From Candidatus Velthaea sp. (GTDB lineage: Bacteria > Vulcanimicrobiota > Vulcanimicrobiia > Vulcanimicrobiales > Vulcanimicrobiaceae): 64,000 bases of DNA. Below the pieces are notes generated by a model. The model saw nothing but the letters and a program-made list of their open reading frames with translations. It made no database searches and was not told where the DNA came from. Of this stretch, positions 23,320 to 35,771 are shown one piece after another. The translations under genes were made by a program, and so were the position numbers. How positions within the stretch are numbered: position 1 is the first letter of the stretch; each line of letters starts with the position of its first letter. The stretch is taken from positions 672,001-736,000 of the forward strand of contig CBDCCS010000022.1 of the NCBI GenBank assembly GCA_965214935.1, in the 5' to 3' direction.

Positions 23320-24018
23320 CTAGTGTAACGTAAGACTATTGACTGAGTCAGCGATGATGAGTCGCTTGCCATCAGCGACCAAAACACCGCTGCGCTTGAG
23401 AGAAGCCATCAAGCTTGAGACGGTCTCGCGCGTCGAACCGATGAATGAGGCGATGTCCGTGTGAGTTAAGTGTACACCTACGCTTCGACCGCTTGCCACC
23501 TTCGTTCCATGTGCTTGCGCAAGGCGTTCAAAGAAGCTCAACAGGCGTTGCGATACGGGGGAACACGCGACGTCCTCGAGCGCCTCGAAAAGTCGACCGA
23601 CGCGGTTGTGAAGCAGCGTCGCAACGTTCATGCCGAAAGCTGCTTCTTCGCCTACTGTGCAACGAATATCGGCAGTAGAGAAGCACCAGACGGAAACCGG
23701 GCCGACAGCAATCGCATCGAAAGCTTCTCGCGAAACGAATAGGGTACTTTCACCGAGTACGTCGCCTGCTCCACACAAGTCGAGTCCGACAGGTTGCCCA
23801 CATGCCGCGGGACGGCTAACGCGAACGTGCCCTCCAGTGATTACAAAAAAATTGGCCGCCTCGTCACCCGCGCGAAAGATCTCGGCACGATGACGATAGC
23901 TCTGCAATTCCATCCTCAATGCAAGGGCTTCAATAGCAGAGAACGAGACTCCACGAAACAGCGCAGGACAGCGCCTCGCCAGCGCGGATGCCGATCGAAA
24001 CTCGATGTCTGCTGGCAT
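23320..24018 (-). CDS. Crp/Fnr family transcriptional regulator
   Basis: cNMP domain (GDVLGE) and HTH LTHTDIASFIGSTRETVS; own ATG at 24018. Confidence 0.85.
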   Translation of the reverse strand: MPADIEFRSASALARRCPALFRGVSFSAIEALALRMELQSYRHRAEIFRAGDEAANFFVITGGHVRVSRPAACGQPVGLDLCGAGDVLGESTLFVSREAFDAIAVGPVSVWCFSTADIRCTVGEEAAFGMNVATLLHNRVGRLFEALEDVACSPVSQRLLSFFERLAQAHGTKVASGRSVGVHLTHTDIASFIGSTRETVSSLMASLKRSGVLVADGKRLIIADSVNSLTLH

Positions 24019-24019
24019 G

Positions 24020-25489
24020 TTAATGGAACGCTGCTCGGATAGATGTGGCAACTTCCTTGACTTCGGATTCGGACAGCGTGCCGGGATATATTTTTTGATC
24101 GCGCCGGCGGGCGCTTCGATAAATTCGATCGTCTGCGCCAACGTCTTCGTTGTCGCAATCTGATGAAGATTCGGACCGACACCGCTCGTACCGTCCGTGT
24201 TGTGGCAAATGGCGCAGTTAGCCGTATCAACCTGTTTGTCGGCGCTCAAAGCGACCGATGCAGTCGGTCCTTTCTGTGTCGGCGGCGCGGCTGGACTTGT
24301 CATGGGCGATGCCGCGGCGCTGGGTCCAGCGCGAAAGAACGGTCCAGCCGATTTGACAGACGCGCGCCAGGTGGGTTGTCCGTATGGTGCGTTGGATGCG
24401 GCGCCAAAACCGAATTCGAATAAAGCATATTCGACGGGACGGAGACCGACCATAACCTCTTCGCCGAGGAACACTTCATCGAAGACAACGGCAAATGCCC
24501 GGCGCGCCGCAGTTGTTGCAGCGTCGGCCGGCGCTCCCGGGCCGACGTTCTTGTCGTGCGTTTGCTGATAGAAGACGAATACGCCAGGAAAGCTTTTCAC
24601 CGGATCGCGTTGCGCATATAAGCCGGCAACATTGTAGCTGTCCGCCGGGTGAATGTAACCGGTCGCCAAGATGTAGCTTTCAACGGCTCCGTAGACGCCT
24701 GCCTCGAGCGGGCTGTCCGGTCGAGCGTAAGCGGCTTTATATTGAAAAGCTCGATCGCTACGCGACGCGTTTGGGGCATAGGGGTTAGACTTTGCGAAAA
24801 CCGTTGAGTTGTAAAGTGACGGACTATTGCCGAGGTAGGCAACTTGAATCTTGTATGGCTGTGCTGTAAAATTCTGCGGCACGTAGCTGAAGCCGACGCC
24901 CAGCGCAGGCCGTCGAGCAGATAGCCGTGTTGGCCGGCGCTAATTTCCGGGCTAGCGAAAACCCTGGCGTCTTGCCAGAAACTGAACGCCGGCGGTGCCG
25001 CCGCATGAAATTTCCCTACGAACAGATGACCGTCGCCATCTAACAGCTGGTTGTAGGCAGACCAAAAATGACCGGTATTACCGCCGCCATCATTGTTTTC
25101 GCACAGGCCCTGTTCGATGCGGTACGAGACGTATTTATTGAGCATGCCGACGAGGTTGACGGAGATGTTTGCTTCCGAGTACGTTTGCAACGGGTGTTTC
25201 GCACTCAACTTCCCGTACTCTGATAGTTAGCCGATTCTCGGACGACGAGCGGAACGGCTCGACGCAAGACTTTCGCGTCTAACGCACTGAACGCGGTAGA
25301 TTGAACGTACCGTCCATAGGCGTTAAGCGCGGGGACCATTGTATGACAAACGCTGCAATCAACCTGACATGCCTGCGCGAACGTCGGTAAAGCGGGTGAC
25401 GGCAGCGGACGTTGTAGGAGCAATAAAATGCCGCTAACGACTACAATGAGGCCGACGGCTTCGATCATCGGCGGCGGCTTCATGCTCAA
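24020..25489 (-). pseudogene. Cyc2-like N-terminal heme/porin protein with a C-terminal cytochrome c domain, split by three frameshifts
   Basis: LPTFAQACQVDCSVCHTMVPALNAYGR after a signal peptide; beta-strand-rich middle; CAICH...GPNL; frame changes near 25210, 24900 and 24093. Confidence 0.7.
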
Positions 25490-25764
25490 GGCGAACCGCT
25501 TCTATTCGCTCTCGGCGCGATTGCGATGCAATAGCCGTTCGGGCTGATCTTCCCTTTTACAATCGGGCATGCTGCCGGAGAAACGAACAACGTGCAGGCG
25601 ATGCACCTTTGGCCCTCTGGTCCGGGCATTGAAATATAGTTATAGTTGACCTTCGTTCCGCCCGAGTCGTCGGACGCCGAAGCGGCGGCCGCCCCGACTG
25701 CAATCGTGACCGGTACGCTAACCAGTAATGACATAAGCTTACCGCGAGAGATACGGTCGTCCAT
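25486..25764 (-). CDS. High-potential iron-sulfur protein (HiPIP/Iro-like), Tat-like signal
   Basis: ISRGKL signal; CxxC..F...C..VKGKISPNGYC four-Cys pattern. Confidence 0.8.
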   Translation of the reverse strand: MDDRISRGKLMSLLVSVPVTIAVGAAAASASDDSGGTKVNYNYISMPGPEGQRCIACTLFVSPAACPIVKGKISPNGYCIAIAPRANRSGSP

Positions 25765-26369
25765 ATGGCGCCTCCCATTTGTCTTCGCGACCTAATCCTA
25801 CTCTGAACCGCCCTCGAGTAATATCGTTGAAAACCCCGATGGACTAGTGTCGTAAGGCATGAGAGACTTGACACTTCGAGTAAATCTGCTTCGCAACGAT
25901 ACCGACAGCGACTGGCTCAAATCAAACAGCGTCGACAGTTGACCAGCCTGACGGTCATAAGGTGCCCGGCGGTCCACGCAGTTTTCGTCAGGCCCATGTA
26001 CGCGCATTGGTACCAACACGGTGATACGAAGCGCCGTTTACGAAAAACGCGAACGCGTCAAAAATCGAGTTCTTCAACTTAGGTGACTAGCAAATATGGT
26101 GCATGCTTGAGTATTCCGGGCCGCTCCACATGCGGTGTCGTTGTGCGCAACTAGCATCGATGGCTTCGGGAAGGGCCTGGCGCAATAGATGCGTCGCGAT
26201 CAATGAGCAGTCACTGTATTTACGTCGCGACACTTTCACTGTTCCAAAATGAATTCAATAAGTTATCCGCAATGCAACGAGTTCACCGAAAACCGTGATT
26301 ATCGACGCTGCCTTTACCGCCCGAGCATTTAACCACGGCAATTTTACGGTAATAGCGCTCGACGATTGC

Positions 26370-26600
26370 AAGAGCGAGAGTCAGATCGAGCTTCCTTGAC
26401 CAGTCTCTGCGCTGTTCGATCGTCCTCGCTCCAGAATCGGTCAAATGCTTGCTCCCGTGCGTTCAGCGTGAAGCCGGGTCCGTCATCCGCAATGTCGCAA
26501 CGTCCACGCCGCATTAAGCGTAAGAACAATTGACCATTTACTCGCAGCGTACTTGACGGCATTTTGAACGACCGTCAGAATTGCTTGTTCGATCTTGCCC
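26370..26600 (-). pseudogene. Histidine kinase HATPase fragment
   Basis: IEQAILTVVQNAVKYA, then IADDGPGF...AFDRFW in a shifted frame. Confidence 0.6.
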
Positions 26601-26829
26601 GTATTGTGGATGATGATTACGTCGAATGCTAGGAACGCATCCTGATTTTGCGTGCGCGGGACAGGATTCGCACTCGCTCGCACCATCTGATGCTGCGACG
26701 TCCGCAAAGTCGCAGGCGTATCACGATTTGAGTTGAGAAGCGCATGAGTCAAGCGGCTTGAGCGTTAACCGAATAGGGTCTACCGAACACGGCCAGATTC
26801 TGCTGTGCCGTTACCAATGCTTCAATTCA

Positions 26830-27030
26830 GAGCAAGGGTTTGCGATTCACTGAGATATTCGACGAGACCGAGACCGATTATGACGTTGCCCCCGAGCAAC
26901 ATTTTACGCATCCAACGCCAAACGCTTGGCTTGTTGAACTTCGCTGCACCCTTGGACCGCCGCAGCGGGCCGACGTTCGTGTCGCGCGTTTGCTGATACA
27001 AGACGAGTACGGGTTTCGTATCTATCGAGG
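26830..27030 (-). pseudogene. Second fragment paralogous to the Cyc2-like porin region
   Basis: VLVLYQQTRDTNVGP...LLGGNVIIGLGLVEY vs VFVFYQQTHDKNVGP...FLGEEVMVGLRPVEY at ~24430-24590. Confidence 0.6.
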
Positions 27031-27076
27031 ACAGGAATTCGTCGCTCATTATTCGTGCCGGGCTGCGATTGCAGTG

Positions 27077-27110
27077 AATCCGGTCGGACGCTAAGCTCGC
27101 CCGACCGGCG
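27077..27110. repeat. 34-bp hairpin-forming repeat, copy 2
   Basis: Identical to 15180-15213. Confidence 0.9.
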
Positions 27111-27247
27111 CGCGCGTCGCGCGCACAGCAAAGCGGCCATCTCTTATCCACCTGTCCCAAAGACGCGCTACCTCCGCAAATAAATACGTGTGCTTTCCCG
27201 CGCACGCGCCCGTATGGGTTGCCGCACTCATTTTCGTAGGAGGAAGC

Positions 27248-28762
27248 ATGGCGAAGCCGCTCGAGCAGGCAACAAAGGCTCGCATACCAAGCATTCGATT
27301 CTCCGATGATGAGCACGACCCTACGAGCTACAGTCCGCGACTCGCGAACGCGGACCTCATCCCGCTGAAAAATCAAACCTGGACATCCTATAATATTTTT
27401 GCGTTTTGGATGTCCGACGTCCACAGCGTCGGCGGCTACGTGTTTGCGGGAAGCTTATTTGCACTTGGGCTTTCGAGTTGGCAAGTACTCGTCGCACTAC
27501 TCATCGGCATTAGCGTCGTAAATTTGTTTTGCAATCTCATTGCGAAGCCGAGTCAAGTCAACGGCGTGCCCTATCCCGTCATGTGCCGGGCGACATTCGG
27601 TGTGTTGGGCGCGAATGTCCCGGCCATGATTCGCGGTTTGATCGCCGTCGCGTGGTACGGCATCCAAACGTACCTTGCCTCGACGGCGTTCGTCGTCATT
27701 GCAATCAAGTTTTTTCCGCAATATGTTGCGTACGCCGATGTCACTCAACACGGCTTCGCCGGTTTGTCGGCATTGGGCTGGTTCGGTTTCATGGCGCTGT
27801 GGGTGCTGCAGGCGCTCGTGTTCTGGAACGGCATGGATGCGATCAAGAAGTTCATCGACTTCGCCGGCCCGGCCGTATACGCGGTGATGTTCGCCTTGAC
27901 CGCATGGCTGGTGGTTAAAGCCGGTCCGCAACATATCAATTTGAATCTCAGCGATGTGAAGTACCACGGCTGGGACGTCGTACCGGTGATGATCACCGCC
28001 ATCGCGCTCGTCGTTTCGTACTTCTCCGGGCCGATGCTCAACTTCGGCGACTTCTCGCGCTACGGCAAAAGCTTCGCTGCAGTTAAAAACGGTAATTTCT
28101 GGGGCTTGCCGGTGAACTTCTTGGCGTTCTCGCTGGTAACGGTCATTACGACGGCTGCGACGCAACCGGTTTTCGGCAAACTCATCACCGATCCGGTTGA
28201 AATGGTAAGCCGAATCGACAACGCAACCGCGGTCGTTTTGGGCGCATTGACCTTCGTCGTCGCAACGATCGGTATCAATATCGTCGCCAACTTTGTTTCA
28301 CCGGCGTTCGACTTTTCCAACGTCGCGCCAAGCATCATCAGTTGGCGAGCCGGCGGTATGATTGCGGCGGTTGCCTCGATCTTCATAACGCCGTGGAATC
28401 TCTTCAACAATCCCGCGGTGATCCATTACACGCTCGATATTTTAGGCAGCTTCATCGGCCCGCTCTACGGCGTTTTGCTCGTCGACTATTACTTGATCAA
28501 ACGTCAGAACACGACGGTCGACGACATGTTCACGATGTCACCGGCCGGCCGTTACTGGTATGACGGCGGCGTCAATCGCAGCGCGGTCATTGCGCTCGTG
28601 CCGGCGGCGCTCCTGGCCATTGCCTGCGTGCTCGTGCCGGCGCTGCGTCCACTGGCAAACTTTTCCTGGTTCATCGGCGTAGCCGTCGCCGCTTTGGTGT
28701 ACCGCGCGATCGCGCGTCCGCTGCCGGTTGCGTCCGCGGCGGCCGTCGTCGCGCCTTCGTGA
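27248..28762 (+). CDS. NCS1 family nucleobase:cation symporter (allantoin/uracil permease-like)
   Basis: FWMSDVHSVGGY, AWYGIQT, NFGDFSRY, NIVANFVSPA and PWNL; GGAGG RBS. Confidence 0.92.
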   Translation: MAKPLEQATKARIPSIRFSDDEHDPTSYSPRLANADLIPLKNQTWTSYNIFAFWMSDVHSVGGYVFAGSLFALGLSSWQVLVALLIGISVVNLFCNLIAKPSQVNGVPYPVMCRATFGVLGANVPAMIRGLIAVAWYGIQTYLASTAFVVIAIKFFPQYVAYADVTQHGFAGLSALGWFGFMALWVLQALVFWNGMDAIKKFIDFAGPAVYAVMFALTAWLVVKAGPQHINLNLSDVKYHGWDVVPVMITAIALVVSYFSGPMLNFGDFSRYGKSFAAVKNGNFWGLPVNFLAFSLVTVITTAATQPVFGKLITDPVEMVSRIDNATAVVLGALTFVVATIGINIVANFVSPAFDFSNVAPSIISWRAGGMIAAVASIFITPWNLFNNPAVIHYTLDILGSFIGPLYGVLLVDYYLIKRQNTTVDDMFTMSPAGRYWYDGGVNRSAVIALVPAALLAIACVLVPALRPLANFSWFIGVAVAALVYRAIARPLPVASAAAVVAPS

Positions 28763-29511
28763 AAATACAAGTCGTCAACCCGAATACGACCGCGTCGATG
28801 ACGGCCATGATCGGCGAATGCGCGCGCCGGGTGGCAGCACCGGGTACCGAGATCGTCGCAACGAGCCCGAGCATGGGGCCGCCGTCGATCGAGGGCTGGT
28901 ACGACGAGGCGTTTGCGGTTCCCGGTCTACTGGCGGAGATCGAAGCCGGCGAGCGAGCCGGCTGCGATGCTTATGTGATCGCTTGTTTCGGCGATCCTGG
29001 GCTCTACGCTGCGCGCGAACTTGCGCGCGGTCCCGTCATCGGTATCGCCGAAGCAGCGATGCACGCAGCAAGTATGATCGCACCGAGTTTCGCGGTGGTG
29101 ACGACGCTGGGCCGCACGCGCGGCATGGCTTGGCAATTAGCGGAGCGTTACGGCATGCAGCGATTCTGCCGCAGCGTGCGCGCAACCGAAATTTCCGTTC
29201 TGGACCTTGCTGCGCCGGGTTCGCGGGCCCGGCGCCTGATCGTCGAAGAATGTCGCCTTGCATTGCAGATCGATCGGGCGGAGTCGATCGTGCTGGGCTG
29301 CGCGGGAATGGCGGACCTGTGCGCGGAGATCGCCGACTCGATCGGTGCTCCGGTCATCGACGGCGTTGCGGCCGCGGTGAAGTTTGCCGAGGCGCTCGTA
29401 GCGCTCGCGCTTTCGACCGCGAAGGGCGGCGAGTATGCGTCGCCGATCGCCAAGAGTTACAGCGGTTTGCTCGCGCCGTTCAGTCCGAGCGTCGTTGCCG
29501 CAAGCGTCTGA
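28759..29511 (+). CDS. Hydantoin/allantoin racemase (Asp/Glu racemase family)
   Basis: VNPNTT, IACFGDPG, GIAEAA and LGCAGM motifs. Confidence 0.92.
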   Translation: MKIQVVNPNTTASMTAMIGECARRVAAPGTEIVATSPSMGPPSIEGWYDEAFAVPGLLAEIEAGERAGCDAYVIACFGDPGLYAARELARGPVIGIAEAAMHAASMIAPSFAVVTTLGRTRGMAWQLAERYGMQRFCRSVRATEISVLDLAAPGSRARRLIVEECRLALQIDRAESIVLGCAGMADLCAEIADSIGAPVIDGVAAAVKFAEALVALALSTAKGGEYASPIAKSYSGLLAPFSPSVVAASV

Positions 29512-29534
29512 CGTTGCAAGAGAACCGGCGCCCG

Positions 29535-31572
<2,038 letters not shown>

Positions 31573-31576
<4 letters not shown>

Positions 31577-32709
31577 GCGAACGTCTCCTTGGGCATTTGT
31601 AAATTAAGGGCCGCGATCGTGGCGTTGAAGCGTGCCTTGCTGTTGTCGAGTGAATCCTCGAACTTCACCGGTTTGACCAGCGGCTGCGACCAGATCGGCT
31701 GCAGATCGCGAGCGGCTTTCAAACTCATCGGCACGTACTTCTGGATCCAGCCTTGCATCACGGCCCGATTCGCATCGGCGTGCGCTTTGTCGTTGACGAG
31801 CAGCGAGAACAGTTCGCTCGAATAGCGCAAGTCGCGTTCGTAATCGTTCTCGCCCGCACCGACGATGCTCGGCGTCACGTAGTCGCCGTTCGGCGCCGCA
31901 ACTTGCAGCACGAAATTACTGCGAAACAATTCGCCGACGAGCGGCTCGAAGACGATGTTCGCCGCAAAAATAGCCTCGGCCCAATCTTTTATTGCCGTGA
32001 GGCGCTCGACGTTCTCGCGGACACCTTGCCAAATCGGGTCGTCTTTCCAAACCGATGTGTGTATCTGATCCTCGAAGCCGGTTATCTGCTCGCTAATTTC
32101 GAGATTGTACAACGCGAGGTCTTGGGCAAAGCGCAGTTTGTGCATCGAGTTGACCGAGATGGCGTTGTTGATCATGTTGGTCGGCGCATCGCGCTGCGCG
32201 GGCACAAAAAGGTGCATGCCCAAGCCGTGCTCGGCATGCATCCACGCGCCCACATGCCGCGCGACGACTTGCGACCACTGCTTATTCCACGCCGCAAATG
32301 CTTTTTGAATCTTCGCATTGTCGATGTTGAGTTGAATTTGCCGCACGACGTTGGCGTTGTTGCGGTAGATGGTCTGTTCCCATTCTTGGTTCGGGTCGCG
32401 AAACGCATGCCAATCCGACGACTTGAGCTGCGTCCAGTCTTTGGGATAGCCGGCGTCGCCGTTTGCGAATGCATACAGCCAGCCCTGCGTCAGGTAGCGC
32501 TCGGGATCGGGCTGCACGTCGACGGTGACATCTTCATAGACCGACGCGCGCTGTTTTTGCGGCGTAAAATAATTGTACGTCCGGCTTTCGGAACTCGGAA
32601 ACGTTTGCGCGCCGGCCTCAGCATCGGTGAACTCGATCTTGGGAACGTCGCGCGTATGTTGCTCGCGAACGGTACCGGCCGGCTTGCCGGCGTTAGTTGT
32701 AACAGTCAC
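31573..32709 (-). CDS. prmC: SDIMO hydroxylase beta subunit
   Basis: YEDVTVDVQPDP, DWHAFRDP, DAPTNMINN and VFEPLVGELFRS motifs. Confidence 0.92.
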
Positions 32710-32736
32710 TGATGTCGTCCCTCTCTCTTGCGCACG

Positions 32737-33792
32737 TCAGCGCTGTTGGGCGAGAACCGCTTCGGGGCTCGCCGTGGTGGTGAACTTATCGAAGTAGATG
32801 CGTTCGGGCGGCAGACCGCGCCGTTCGAGCAGTGCAATCGCCGCATCGACCATCGGCGGCGGTCCGCAAACATACGCTTCGTGCTCGGTTAGATCGGTCT
32901 CAAGCCGATCGGCGACATCGGTAACGTTGCCGAGTTCGCCGTTCCAGGCTTGCCCCGGGGCCAGCTCCGACAGCGCGACGACGCTATGAAAGTTCGGTAA
33001 CCGCTCGGCCATCGCGAGCATGTGGTCGATGAAGAACACGTCGCGCGGCGCACGCGCGCCGTAGTAATAAGAAACTTTGCGCTGCGAACCGCTTTCGGCA
33101 AGCGCGTTAATCAGCGACCAGAGTGGAGCCATACCGGCGCCGCCACCCATAAAGATGAGATCGCGCTCCGAACGCTCGCGCAGAATGCACGTGCCGTACG
33201 GGCCGGTGACGTCCAGCGCGTCGCCGGCTTTAAGCGGGCCCTCGAGCAGTCCGGAAAACAAACCGCCGGGATAGAGTTTGATGATGAATTCTAAGTAGTC
33301 GCGCTGCGCCGGCGTATTTGCCATCGAAAACGAACGGATTTCATCCGTGCCCGGAACGTGAATGTCGACATACTGGCCCGACACGAACGTAATTTCGCCC
33401 GGTGTAACGAACTCTAGCCGCAAACGCCGGATGTCGTGCGTGAGCGCTTCGATCTCCGCCACGCGCGTCGGCACGGTGCGGATCGGATTCGGACTGCGCA
33501 GCATCTCCTCGTCGTAGTGCAGTAATTCGATCACGGCGTCGCTGTACACGTGCGTCTTGCAAAGCAGCGTGTAGCCTTCTTCGCGCTCCATGTCGGACAA
33601 TGCAAAATTCGAGTATTTTGCGAGATCCGTTTCGCCTTCGATCAAATACGCTTTACAGGCCGAACACTGTCCGGCTTTGCAGCCGTGTGCGAGCATGAGG
33701 CCTTGACGGAAAGCCGCATGCAAAACATTCTCATCTTGGTCGACGTCGATCTCGATATCGACCGGCTCAAATTTAACGCGATGCGTGGGCAC
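32737..33792 (-). CDS. prmB: SDIMO NADH reductase (2Fe-2S plus FAD/NAD)
   Basis: HGCKAGQCSAC, RSFSMAN, GGGAGMAP, CGPPPM and DKFT motifs. Confidence 0.92.
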   Translation of the reverse strand: MPTHRVKFEPVDIEIDVDQDENVLHAAFRQGLMLAHGCKAGQCSACKAYLIEGETDLAKYSNFALSDMEREEGYTLLCKTHVYSDAVIELLHYDEEMLRSPNPIRTVPTRVAEIEALTHDIRRLRLEFVTPGEITFVSGQYVDIHVPGTDEIRSFSMANTPAQRDYLEFIIKLYPGGLFSGLLEGPLKAGDALDVTGPYGTCILRERSERDLIFMGGGAGMAPLWSLINALAESGSQRKVSYYYGARAPRDVFFIDHMLAMAERLPNFHSVVALSELAPGQAWNGELGNVTDVADRLETDLTEHEAYVCGPPPMVDAAIALLERRGLPPERIYFDKFTTTASPEAVLAQQR

Positions 33793-33881
33793 GATAATCG
33801 TCCCCCTAACGACGAGCTTTGATAACGAACGGACCGGCTGCCGGCGGCGTGCTTAGGCCGCCGGCAGCGCGAAGACTTACG

Positions 33882-35543
33882 CTACGATGCGGCTGCGACC
33901 GGGTTGCGGCCGCCGGGTCCGCCGGCTTTGTAGTGCGCGGCGTGCTTCTCGCGCTCGTCCGGCGACATTTGATTCAACAGTACGTTGGGGCTGTTGAACG
34001 GAATGCCGCGGAAGTGATCGAGCGTCCAGAGTTTCTTAGGATCGCTCAAATCGAGATGCGGCTGCGGGATGAGCGTCTTACCGTCGTCGCGGACGTAACC
34101 GCATTCCTTGATGACCTCGGCGGTATCCCAACCATGGAAGCGCGTCTCCCACTCGCGTTCGCCCACGAGCTTGCCCATCGAGGGCGTCTCGCGGCCGTTA
34201 TATGTCGGACGGAACGCAATCTTGTCGGTCCAGTGACAGGTTTGCGAACAATACGTGCGTTGCTGGCCGTCGACTTCGTCGAAGACCGTATCTTTGCGGA
34301 TGAGACACGGCACCATGCAGACCCAGCAGCGATGCGGATAGACGTAATTCGCTTCGGGCTCGAACACGATCGCCTTGTTGCCCTTATTGGCAATGCTCAT
34401 GGCGCTGTAATTTTCCCACCACTTGCCGTACTTGTCGTACCAGCCCGGATACTTGGCCTCGAACCACTCGAAGTCTTGATTATCCATCGGATCGATACGC
34501 CAGTAATTGAACGGCCAGCCGGTGGCGAAAAATTGTGCGACTTCATGCACGTAGTGGTCTTCGGAGATCCGCTTCCAGGCGAGTTCGACGAGATCGTGCG
34601 GAATCTTCAGACCGTATTTCTCGAGCGGGATCAAATAGCTGCGATAGTAATCGTCATAGATCCAGCGGCGCCACATCTCGGCATAGCTGTCGCGGCCTTT
34701 GCGGCGATCCTTCGAACCATATTCGATGAACGTTCCGATTGCGGCGTCGACCACGCAGTGGTTATTCCACCAGGCGTAGCGCAGGTCGCGTTCGAGCAGT
34801 TCGCGATTGCGTTCGTCGGCCAGCGCCATCAAGAGTATCGAGTACCCGTTGCTGATGTGACGCGATTCATCCGACTGCACCGAGTGGAATACCGTCGGCA
34901 GCAGGTAGTCGCCGTTCGCCGCCGCTTCCGACGGCATCGCAACGAAGAGCGTATTGGTGAACGCGGTCTCGGCGACGATCGTGAGATAGATGTTGGCTGC
35001 GGTGATCGCGTCGCCGGTGATGAAGCCTTCGCCGAACTGCCGGCCGATCGTGCCGGCGTAGTTATTCGCGAATGCTTTTTCGGTGATATCGAAGCCCGCC
35101 GGGTCGATATAATTGTTCATGTAGAGTTTCTTGAGGTTCATTTGGATCGTCGAGTGCCGCACCTCGTCGATCATCTGAACGGCGAGGCCGTTATGAATCT
35201 CAGGATTCGGGACGGCGCCGATCGAGAGCGGCATCGCGCGTGCCGCAGATATTTCCGGGAACGGAATGATGCTCAGAAACAGCTTCTGCCATTCCATCCA
35301 GCGTTCTTGGACTTGGCGGAACATGTTGCCGCGGATGGCGCCGTCCATCGCGCCGAACACGCGATTGTCTTTCTCTTCTTCCATCGGGAAGTAAGAGCGC
35401 AACACTTGTTTGAGCGGATCTTTTTTGGGGGCTTTCTCAAATGTGTAATCCGTCGTGTATTTATTCGCCGGCGTTGCGAACGTCGGCTCCCACGACAGCT
35501 CTTGAATCTTTTGATGCGCCTTGGTCAGGCTTTGTCGACTCAT
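33882..35543 (-). CDS. prmA: Propane monooxygenase-type (group 5 SDIMO) hydroxylase alpha subunit
   Basis: [13 protein letters not shown] start, [19 protein letters not shown], di-iron motifs DEVRH and DESRH. Confidence 0.95.
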   Translation of the reverse strand: MSRQSLTKAHQKIQELSWEPTFATPANKYTTDYTFEKAPKKDPLKQVLRSYFPMEEEKDNRVFGAMDGAIRGNMFRQVQERWMEWQKLFLSIIPFPEISAARAMPLSIGAVPNPEIHNGLAVQMIDEVRHSTIQMNLKKLYMNNYIDPAGFDITEKAFANNYAGTIGRQFGEGFITGDAITAANIYLTIVAETAFTNTLFVAMPSEAAANGDYLLPTVFHSVQSDESRHISNGYSILLMALADERNRELLERDLRYAWWNNHCVVDAAIGTFIEYGSKDRRKGRDSYAEMWRRWIYDDYYRSYLIPLEKYGLKIPHDLVELAWKRISEDHYVHEVAQFFATGWPFNYWRIDPMDNQDFEWFEAKYPGWYDKYGKWWENYSAMSIANKGNKAIVFEPEANYVYPHRCWVCMVPCLIRKDTVFDEVDGQQRTYCSQTCHWTDKIAFRPTYNGRETPSMGKLVGEREWETRFHGWDTAEVIKECGYVRDDGKTLIPQPHLDLSDPKKLWTLDHFRGIPFNSPNVLLNQMSPDEREKHAAHYKAGGPGGRNPVAAAS

Positions 35544-35771
35544 GCGTTAGTGGTGTCTCCTCGGACCTTCGCGTGCTGCGAATAGCCCCAATGGCACGCC
35601 GGCCAAGACGGCCGGCTGCGGAGTGAGTGGGGTGCCGTGTGGTAGTGTGCCGTCGTCCGCCGTGGGCGATCGGCGCGTTACGCGACTATGGATCCAACGT
35701 TGTTGAATCTGTTACGTTTGGGCTTCGCCCAAGCCGTTGCCGTCGTGCGTCGAAATACATTCGACGCACGA

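Noticed and set aside
23320..24882. 520-aa porin-cytochrome-Crp fusion shown in the ORF track
   Set aside because: Artefact of the frameshift near 24093. The cytochrome ends at 24020 in another frame, and Crp has its own ATG at 24018.
33882..35543. Soluble methane monooxygenase MmoX
   Set aside because: The N-terminus and the alpha-reductase-beta-coupling gene order match PrmABCD; there is no gamma subunit or mmoD.
33819..35585. 588-aa plus-strand ORF fully antisense to prmA
   Set aside because: Shadow ORF expected from high-GC codon bias; no recognisable motifs. The same applies to the antisense ORFs over prmC, groEL and the amidohydrolase.
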